Below, one piece after another: positions 50,857-58,532 of a DNA stretch of 64,000 nucleotides. The stretch spans positions 27,483-91,482 of the IMG/VR virus record IMGVR_UViG_3300050821_004371, one strand, 5' to 3'. Source of the DNA: a virus. How positions within the stretch are numbered: position 1 is the stretch's first letter; each line of letters starts with the position of its first letter. Position numbers and translations under genes: made by a program. The notes beneath the pieces were generated by a model. The model saw only the letters and a program-made list of their open reading frames with translations, was not told the origin of the DNA and made no database searches.

Positions 50857-52431
50857 TTAGAGGGCTTCGAGCGAGACGTGAAGTTCGAAAACCATGGCGG
50901 TCGTTGTCTGTACGCTCGTGTAGCCGTATTGGAATTGTATATTGGTCGCACTTTTTGCGTATATAACGATATCGTCGCCGACAGCAGTTCCCGTAGTGTT
51001 AGCCGCACTAGTAACGCTATTGCCCGAAACCGTGGTCTTGACAACACTGTCTGTAGGAGACGTGTATATAACTTGAAAACCGCCCGATCCCCCGAGCACG
51101 GAGGAAGTATCTGAAGCAGTAGTAATTGTGGCGGACCACGCGACTCGGTACGCTCCAGTAGCGGGCGCGGATAACAAAGTGGTTGCGGCGATAGCAGCAG
51201 TCTGAGCCGTCAGGTCCGTGGAAGCAATACTCGACGGGACTCCGCGCCGAACCGTGGCGGTAGAATTATATGTGGTTACGGTGCCCGTGTTGCTGACATC
51301 CAACTCCACCGTGCCGCCCGTGGTGCCCGCCTGCAAACTAAGCAGCTTGTTGGCCGATCCTTTTAGGGACGTTTCTACGGCGTTGACTTGGAGCGCAATG
51401 TAGTTACCAGTTCCGCCGCCTTGGTTTATACCGGGGTTAATATTGCAAGCTATGAAGTTCCCGGAACCGGACGCAGGCGCCCAACGCAAACTGCCAACAG
51501 CACCCGTATTTGACCCTTGACCGAACTGGACTCCAGTTACTCCGGTGGTGGTCGTTAAATCATTAAAACCACCGATAACAACGCCGGGGCCAGCGGCGGA
51601 CGTCACATTGGAATTTATAACTATTGTTCCGTTGGTCGCCGTCGCCCCTAAATTTAATTGCGTAGTAGACTGAGAAGTTAATCTCCCTACTACAGAACCG
51701 CTGCTAAAACAATTGTATGTACCCGCATCGAGCGATCCAGAGAAATTTCCGGCAGTCCCGTTTCCAAACCCTACAACGCCTGCACCCTGACGATATATCC
51801 CGGTGTCAGTGCCCCACTGGACAACCGCAGTACTCGGGAGTTGGACGTTTAATGCGCCCGTGCTTCCCGAGTGGGCAAACGTCAGAGTACTAGCTCCGTT
51901 TGTGCCCGCAGCCAGGGATGATTCAAGGGTCCAAGTATCAGCAGCCGAAGCCGATCCAGTCCAGTAATTCGCAGCCACTCCGAGCAACGGGCTGAGATTA
52001 GTAGACACGGCGGTTGCTACGGTAGTATTAGCCCAAAGCCAGCCTACTGCGGCAGTTTGATTGAACGTCGTGGCATTGGCCGCGTTTGCGAGCGTTAAGT
52101 TCGCAACAGCGTTCGTAAGAGACGACCACGGAACCGAGCTTGATGCTGGCCCCTGAAACCCTTGGAAACCTTGCGGGCCTTGCACTCCTTGGGTGCCCTG
52201 ATTTCCTTGTGGGCCTTGAGCACCCGCGCTACCTTGGGGCCCTTGAAAACCCTGTGATCCAGACGTTCCCTGCGGCCCCTGACTTCCAGTTGCACCTTGG
52301 CTTCCAGCGGAACCTTGTGGACCCTGAAATCCTTGAGTGCCCGCAGGCCCTTGGGGACCTTGAGGTCCGGGAGAGCCTCCGCCACTCTTAGAAGAGAACT
52401 CAAATGGAACGGGATATTGTTTGTTGCTCAT
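50857..52431 (-). CDS. collagen-like tail fibre protein
   Basis: N-terminal GPQ/GFQ triple-helix repeat, S/T/G/A-rich body. Confidence 0.75.
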   Translation of the reverse strand: MSNKQYPVPFEFSSKSGGGSPGPQGPQGPAGTQGFQGPQGSAGSQGATGSQGPQGTSGSQGFQGPQGSAGAQGPQGNQGTQGVQGPQGFQGFQGPASSSVPWSSLTNAVANLTLANAANATTFNQTAAVGWLWANTTVATAVSTNLSPLLGVAANYWTGSASAADTWTLESSLAAGTNGASTLTFAHSGSTGALNVQLPSTAVVQWGTDTGIYRQGAGVVGFGNGTAGNFSGSLDAGTYNCFSSGSVVGRLTSQSTTQLNLGATATNGTIVINSNVTSAAGPGVVIGGFNDLTTTTGVTGVQFGQGSNTGAVGSLRWAPASGSGNFIACNINPGINQGGGTGNYIALQVNAVETSLKGSANKLLSLQAGTTGGTVELDVSNTGTVTTYNSTATVRRGVPSSIASTDLTAQTAAIAATTLLSAPATGAYRVAWSATITTASDTSSVLGGSGGFQVIYTSPTDSVVKTTVSGNSVTSAANTTGTAVGDDIVIYAKSATNIQFQYGYTSVQTTTAMVFELHVSLEAL

Positions 52432-52701
52432 CTATTGGGTTTGGAGCCAAGTGCAGACCACGGAAGGCCCGTTAGTGATCCCGTAAATAGCGAGCGTGGT
52501 CGAGAATCCAATGCTGGCTCCTGCGGGCAAGTAATGGCCCGTAGAAGTCGTGCCCGAGGTATTCTCAATTAAAAAGACCGTGTTCGTGGCGTCGGTATTG
52601 CTGATGACGATACCCGAACGAGCGGCATTCGCGGCAACAATCGGGCTGGCAACGCCCGTGACCGTAGCTTGGCCTGTCGAAAATGGGAAATTTTGGAACA
52701 G
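52432..52701 (-). CDS. 89-aa virion protein with CTG start (absent from ORF track), paralog of 47594-47860
   Basis: GGAGAGG RBS then CTG TTC CAA; (M)FQNFPFSTGQATVTGVASPIVAANAARSGIVISN...AIYGITNG..WLQTQ; stop abuts next ATG. Confidence 0.8.
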   Translation of the reverse strand: MFQNFPFSTGQATVTGVASPIVAANAARSGIVISNTDATNTVFLIENTSGTTSTGHYLPAGASIGFSTTLAIYGITNGPSVVCTWLQTQ

Positions 52702-52720
52702 TTGGAGTTACCTCTCCGTC

Positions 52721-52749
52721 TTGACAGTCGAAAAGTTATGTGATAGAAT
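52721..52749 (+). promoter_or_regulatory. sigma70 promoter for leaderless HNH gene
   Basis: TTGACA-17nt-TAGAAT, ATG 7 nt downstream. Confidence 0.65.
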
Positions 52750-52756
52750 TTCCCAC

Positions 52757-53248
52757 ATGAAAATAGTTCCTCTAAATCGTGGCTACGAAGCTTTAGTGGA
52801 TGACGAGGACTACGAACGGGTTGTGGAATTCAACTGGTTTGTGTGCATCAAACCCCACAGCAGAGTTATTTACGCCCAGAGGCACGGGCCGCGAAACAAG
52901 GGAACTCGGGCTACGATTGGGCTGCATCGGTTCATTCTTAAAGTTTCAGACTCGAACACCCACGTAGACCATATAAACCATAACGGATTGGATTGTCGTA
53001 AAAGTAACCTGCGCAAATGCACGCGGTCGGAAAATTGTCGAAACAGAAGAAAAACCACCCGCAAAACAACTTCAAGATTTAAAGGCGTGTCTTTTGATGC
53101 GGAGTCCGGTAGATGGCTGGCACAAATATGGGTGGGAAAGCGCAATAGAAAACTTGGGAGATTCAAAACGGAAATCGAGGCTGCCAAATCTTATAATGAT
53201 GCTGCCTCGGAACTGCACGGCCCTTTCGCTTTGCTAAACCAAATCTAA
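52757..53248 (+). CDS. HNH homing endonuclease with AP2 domain (paralog of 3656-4138)
   Basis: MKIVPLNRGYEALVDDEDYE...VDHINHNGLDCRKSNLR...FKGV...EAAKSYN. Confidence 0.9.
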   Translation: MKIVPLNRGYEALVDDEDYERVVEFNWFVCIKPHSRVIYAQRHGPRNKGTRATIGLHRFILKVSDSNTHVDHINHNGLDCRKSNLRKCTRSENCRNRRKTTRKTTSRFKGVSFDAESGRWLAQIWVGKRNRKLGRFKTEIEAAKSYNDAASELHGPFALLNQI

Positions 53249-53372
53249 CGCTTTACTTTCGGGACTCGAATGTCGATCATTTGCGGGCTATCCGTTTTCT
53301 GTACAATCACGATCTGCGGAAGCCCGCCGTCAAGCGCCCAGAGAATCAGCCGTTTTAGAAGTCTTTTAAGCA

Positions 53373-54158
53373 TTATTCCCACATCGGGCAGCAAGGACCG
53401 TCGCCGTTTGAACTGTTGGGCGTGAAGCCCGAAAGTGCCCCCAAAGTTGCGGGCAAGATTCCGGCGCTCAGTGTATTAGCGGCAGTGGCCGCCCGTACAG
53501 AATTCGCAACATATTCCGGAACGGTCGATGCCGAAGCCAGAATTCCGAGGATCGTAGCGCCCGTCCCATTGCTGACGCTCGCTTGCGCCTGCCAGTAGAT
53601 TCCGGGCAATAGCGTAACGGGCGAGATAGCATTTGTCTGAACTGTCGGGCTAGTCGCGGCGTTGAACGACCCGCCGTCTACCAGCTTGGTTCCCGTATAA
53701 CTATAAATCCCGAACGTCATCTGCTCGCCAAGCGAGTTATTCGTCGCCTGCACGCTGACTTTCGAAATCGTCATTGAAACGTCAAGCTGGAACAAGTAAA
53801 CAACGACTTGATTCGCGGTTCGGACGCCGTTAACGTTATTCGCGTTGATGCTGCTGAACGAATCATTCAGGAACAGCGCAGTTCGGATGCCGGGGCCGAC
53901 CATGAAAGCGCCGCTGCCCGAGAAGCTAGCGCTGCCACCCGCGGGGCCCTGCGGGCCTTGAAATCCCTGGAAACCTTGGGGCGCTTCGGGCGTCCACTCG
54001 CCTTGGACAAAGGTTAATATTTGTCCGCTTTGCGGGGCGAAGTTCGAAACTGGGTACGTTTGAAGCCCGGTTACTGTGGTCGCGGGCGAACCTGGGGTAG
54101 TCAAGAGATCGCCAAACCCTGGATACGACGAACTTGGATAGATTTGGCTGTTGGGCAT
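53373..54158 (-). CDS. virion/tail protein with short collagen-like linker
   Basis: PQGFQGFQGPQGPAG. Confidence 0.55.
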   Translation of the reverse strand: MPNSQIYPSSSYPGFGDLLTTPGSPATTVTGLQTYPVSNFAPQSGQILTFVQGEWTPEAPQGFQGFQGPQGPAGGSASFSGSGAFMVGPGIRTALFLNDSFSSINANNVNGVRTANQVVVYLFQLDVSMTISKVSVQATNNSLGEQMTFGIYSYTGTKLVDGGSFNAATSPTVQTNAISPVTLLPGIYWQAQASVSNGTGATILGILASASTVPEYVANSVRAATAANTLSAGILPATLGALSGFTPNSSNGDGPCCPMWE

Positions 54159-54210
54159 AGAAAGTTGCTCCGGCTATAACGGAGCGGGCCGTGAATTTCA
54201 CACGTCTTGG

Positions 54211-54828
54211 CTATCGGAGTGTTACGTTCTTCATTACGTCGTGAACAAATTTCTGAGCAGTTACGTTGTTATCGTCGCTCGTGTGCTGGAAAGTTATGCT
54301 CGACGATTCGATGTTGTCGGTATTGAAATCAATTGCCTTCTGGTACTCGACCTTTGCTGCTTCGTAGGCCGATTTTCCCTCGGCGGACTTCATGTCGTAA
54401 TCAAATTGACTTACGGGCTTCCAGGTCTTGCCGCAGCGGGTGCAGCGAATATACATCTGGTTAGTCGGTAGGGTGTGTTTGATGACCGAATAATTTACAT
54501 CGTTCCCGCGCAAGAAGCCGCCCGGAATGTTCCCTCTGCCGCCCTTTTTATGCTGGCAAGCGTTCTGAACCGCTGCCTGATCTCGGCCAGTTTTGACTAG
54601 CTCGCGCCCGCGAGATTCGTACTCTTGGGACTTGGTGTTGCGCTTGTTACGTCTATCGGCGAGACGCTCAATAACATCCTCTCGCTCGGCTTCTTGAGAC
54701 AAAATATCGGTCAGCAACTTCCGACGAGTTAACTCCGTGATATTTAGTTCGCTCAACGGGGACGCCAATATCACATCATCGGATTTGATTAATCCAGATT
54801 CATTTACGAGCTTCGGATCGTTAGACAT
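54211..54828 (-). CDS. hypothetical protein
   Basis: 205 aa; CQHKKG and CTRCG possible Zn ligands. Confidence 0.55.
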   Translation of the reverse strand: MSNDPKLVNESGLIKSDDVILASPLSELNITELTRRKLLTDILSQEAEREDVIERLADRRNKRNTKSQEYESRGRELVKTGRDQAAVQNACQHKKGGRGNIPGGFLRGNDVNYSVIKHTLPTNQMYIRCTRCGKTWKPVSQFDYDMKSAEGKSAYEAAKVEYQKAIDFNTDNIESSSITFQHTSDDNNVTAQKFVHDVMKNVTLR

Positions 54829-54888
54829 AGTTCCTCTTTAGATTGGGTGTTAGGGTCTTGACGGGCAGAGTCTTGTACGGAAAACGGA

Positions 54889-55152
54889 TTAACGCAGGGA
54901 TTCTCGGGAGAGTTCGCGGGCTTCGCGGATCGCGTGCATCGTGGATTTCATTACATTTGCGAATTCCAGAGCAGGAACTTGCCCGCCCTCGAAGAACTCG
55001 CGTTTGAGGCCCGTAATTCTATCTTCGTCTACTTCGAACAAAAGATGGACGCGATCTTCGTCGCCTTGGTATCGAGTGTCCGTACCCTGCAAGGTTACGC
55101 CCCGAATCTGGAGGAAGCTCGCGAGGCGGGAATCTGACGTGCTGTAAATCAT
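54889..55152 (-). CDS. DUF5659-like small protein
   Basis: YSTSDSRLASFL...F..G..VPALEF. Confidence 0.45.
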   Translation of the reverse strand: MIYSTSDSRLASFLQIRGVTLQGTDTRYQGDEDRVHLLFEVDEDRITGLKREFFEGGQVPALEFANVMKSTMHAIREARELSRESLR

Positions 55153-55158
55153 GAGAAC

Positions 55159-55761
55159 CTACTCATAGTTTTGTCTAAGCGATTGCATGAATTTCAAATA
55201 TGTGCGGGCGGCGGGACCTATCGGTTCCCCAAAGGTCTTCTTGATCTGCGCTTCTGTCAGGAATCCTTTTCTGCGGGCGTCCATCAAGCAAGTTCTCCAC
55301 CCCCGATATCGGAATCCCGAAGGAACGCCCTTGTCATCGAAGCGGGGTACTTCTAGCTCGATCATGGCAGGCCGCTGGCACCACGATACTACTTCAGCTT
55401 CTTGACCTTCTTTTCTCACGCCCCAAAGTGCGATCATCTGCGGATGCCCCATCTCGCGATAGAAGCATTTCATCTTGCAGCCATCCCGGAGCTTTCCGAT
55501 GAACTGCTCGTAAGTCAGAACTTGTCCGACGCGGGCATCGATGTCTTCGTAGTCGGCGGGATCAAGGAAGCGGTATTGGGCCGCGAGCGCGTAGTTGATT
55601 TCCTTCTGCCGAGCCAACTCTTCTTGATTCTGGGCGCTAGAGGTTACGTAGCGGTTCTCGGCATACTTTCGTATGAGGGCGTCCATCTCTTTCGAGTCAT
55701 GGCCCATCAGATTCTCTCCGTAATCCTCCCACGGAGCTTTGGCGCGTCCTGCTGTTCCCAT
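55159..55761 (-). CDS. hypothetical protein
   Basis: 200-aa ORF; YRGWRTCL motif. Confidence 0.55.
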   Translation of the reverse strand: MGTAGRAKAPWEDYGENLMGHDSKEMDALIRKYAENRYVTSSAQNQEELARQKEINYALAAQYRFLDPADYEDIDARVGQVLTYEQFIGKLRDGCKMKCFYREMGHPQMIALWGVRKEGQEAEVVSWCQRPAMIELEVPRFDDKGVPSGFRYRGWRTCLMDARRKGFLTEAQIKKTFGEPIGPAARTYLKFMQSLRQNYE

Positions 55762-57064
55762 ATTTATCCTAGTTTCTTAGAAAGTTACCTCCGTCCGGAC
55801 GGCGCTATAGACGCAATACGGAAAATGAACTCGGGCAAGTTCGCGGAGGTCGCCACTATGTTTCCTGCCGGATCAAGCGACAATGGCACGGGCACCCGCT
55901 AAGATGCCTGCTTACCCGTCATTATACCCACGGGCTGCGGGGAGAGCCTGTAGCGAACAGGCATTAGCTCAGGCATCCGGTGGTAATCCAACCATGCGCT
56001 CCGGTCGCCCGAACTAAACTTATGATTTTCGAAGTATCTGCCCGCATCGTAGGCAATAGCCGAGAATCGCATTACTGATTATTCGGCGAATTGTTTTGTG
56101 CGGGCAGGTCATGTAAGGTCTAAAGGAGAATCAGTATCTTGGATTTCAGCTAAAGAAAGGAATCGCTCGTGAGTCTTGTATTCTCGGGCAAGCTCGTCAA
56201 AGTTCTGGTACAGCCATCGCCCGAAATCACGTCTATACTTCGGGTCGTTCGTAAACATTACCTGGGCCATCGTCGGCGCGGGTGCTGTGGCGGCTTTCGT
56301 GAAGAAATTTGGTTTGACTTCGAACATTATTTTACGGACTTAATTTTTCTGATACGCACGCCCGACCATTTCTCCCGAGCCAACTTACGCAAAGACTCCA
56401 AAGAGTAGGCCCGTACCCAGCACCCGCGAGCAATCTTGTTTGTGTTCCTTTTCCGCATTACGTTGAGAGATAGTTGCCGCCGTTGGTTAATTTCCTATAA
56501 GATTTGCTGCGTTCTGCGAGCAAGGTCGTCCAGTAACTTCGGTCTTTCAGGACGCTGTATAATGTCCAGCAGATGTCGCAGACTCGCGGGTATTCTTCGG
56601 ACAAGAAATAGCCTGTCGGAACGCCTTCGGGCGATGGGTAGTTCCAGTTATGATCGCGAGCTTGCCCGTACATCAACTGATTGCAAGGGCCGTCACAGCG
56701 CCACGGGTCTTTGATTCCTGCGGGCGGAAATTGCTCGAAGGCCCCCGCCCTAAGATCAAGCCGATCTGCCCATTCTTCGAAAGTCATACGTTTTCCGTAC
56801 TAGGTGGTAAGAATACGGCGTTCGCGTCGGTCTTCGTAAACAGTCTTCCAGTATAGCGGGCGGCCAAGAGTGTCGCACCAGCCCCATTTGATTAGTTTCT
56901 GTTGAACTTCTTCGGTCTGCGGATATTTGGATTGATAGGCCATAAGGTTTAGCCTCCGAGCCTCGGTAATTATTGCGGGCAAGAACCTAACGCTTCCCGT
57001 CCGCTGTGGACTTCGGTTCTCTAAGCGTATCGTCCCAATTTGGACGCCCGCAAACTCAAACTTT

Positions 57065-57560
57065 ACGGGCTATTCTGTTGCTAGGAAGCCCGAACAACCC
57101 CAGCAGCTTTTTAGGCCGCAGCAGCCATAGCAAGAGGCTTGGCGTTTAGCATTTCTGTGTCCGTAACGTGGCCACAGCATCCGTGCCCATCCATGCTATC
57201 TCGTCCGCGCAATCGAATCCATTTCAGGCCCGTCACGTCGCCCGTTACCAATTTGCAAATATTGGCAGCCAAACCCGAAGTCAAGTTTTCCGACCGACTT
57301 AACGGGCGATCTGGTGGACCTGCGGGCTTCGAAGCCCGGTCTTGCACGTCTTAACAGCACTTCAACTGAGCAAACTTTAATTGGGAGTAGGCGTGTGCCG
57401 ACGCCTCGTTCTTAAGTCCCCACTCCTGCGTCGTTTCGCGACCTTGGCTTTCTTCAGTCGCTTCCGAAGAAGCGGGTTTTCCCCAGCGGCAACCTGTGGA
57501 GACCTCCCAAACTTTAGGGCAGCAGGTTTGCCGCCTCCACCAGTTCGTTTTCCCCGAACA
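57065..57560 (-). ncRNA. ssrA: circularly permuted (two-piece) tmRNA; acceptor piece ends CCA at 57312, coding piece starts at 57231
   Basis: GACCGGGCTTCGAAGCCCGCAGGTCCACCA precedes GGGCCTGAAATGGATTCGA; acceptor stem with G3.U70; tag ORF (A)AKPLAMAAAA* stop 57113-57111; outer ends approximate. Confidence 0.85.
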
Positions 57561-57565
57561 AACCC

Positions 57566-57594
57566 ATCTTACCAAATCGCCCGAAAGTTGTCAA
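57566..57594 (-). promoter_or_regulatory. sigma70 promoter for tmRNA
   Basis: TTGACA-17nt-TAAGAT. Confidence 0.7.
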
Positions 57595-57753
57595 GCTAAT
57601 CTTCGTCAAAGCAGGCCGGAGGTTTCTCGACGCCCGCAGACGGCTTGAGTTCCTGGTGCAGTTGATCTATGTCACGCTCGTATTCGATGATGATCGCCCG
57701 TTGCCCGATACAAAACAGGGCGAGCAAAATCAGGGCGGCGGTTAGGAGACGTT

Positions 57754-58392
57754 TCATGCAAGGGACGAAAAGATCGTTATTTCTTTGGCCGTATTCTCGA
57801 TGTCCTGAGCGCGATCTTCAATCTCCTCGGGCGTTGCGGGTCGTCCGAAAGCTCGGGCAATTGTAATGGCTAGCCAACTTCGAAGCGGATACTTAGACTT
57901 GCTGGCTTGGCAGGACATTTGGCTGCCGTCTCCGCAGCAAGGCACCAAATTGTACGGGATATGTCCGAGCGCCGAATCAACTCGATCCAGACCCCAAACT
58001 TTGCCTTTGGGCGGTTTGGCTCCGCAGTAAACGCATGGCCGAGGCTCGCCTTTATCCAAGAAATACGGAACAGCTTCTACTGGACTCTTGAATCCGAATT
58101 CGCGATTATTGATCTTGTCGGTCCAAATCATGCTATTGTACCGCTTCCGAAGGCATTTGTAATAGCCGTTGGAAGCTAGTCGGGCGGCATGAATATCGCC
58201 CATAGCAATTCTTTTGGGTTTGGGCAAGAGTCCGGATTCCCGCCAGTCCTTGGCCCACAATTCTATGGTTTCCGGGGTCTGCCCGGTACGAACCGATATT
58301 TCATTGCGGCTACGATTTGCCCGCAAGAACTCTAGAACTTTATCTTGGCACTCTCGCTCGGAACTGAACGATAACTGTTTGAATTTTCCCAC
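57754..58392 (-). CDS. HTH plus HNH-like endonuclease
   Basis: N-terminal HTH-like; PCVYCG...GLDRVDSALGHIPYNLVPCC..CQASK. Confidence 0.7.
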   Translation of the reverse strand: MGKFKQLSFSSERECQDKVLEFLRANRSRNEISVRTGQTPETIELWAKDWRESGLLPKPKRIAMGDIHAARLASNGYYKCLRKRYNSMIWTDKINNREFGFKSPVEAVPYFLDKGEPRPCVYCGAKPPKGKVWGLDRVDSALGHIPYNLVPCCGDGSQMSCQASKSKYPLRSWLAITIARAFGRPATPEEIEDRAQDIENTAKEITIFSSLA

Positions 58393-58532
58393 ATTCCCTC
58401 CTCATAAGGGTGAGTCGGAGCGGAGTGTATGAGGCACCCCGCCCCTTCTCGAAGCAAAGCCTGTATTCCGCATTCGCGGTCATAGCCCCACATTTACTAC
58501 TTTACCACAAACCACCCACTCTTGTCAAGTGG

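Noticed and set aside
57312-57345. tRNA gene or attP remnant
   Set aside because: There is no anticodon arm. The matching 5' strand and tag ORF lie downstream, consistent with a permuted tmRNA.
57111-57347. 78-aa protein-coding ORF
   Set aside because: It overlaps the tmRNA structure; only the C-terminal tag is likely translated.
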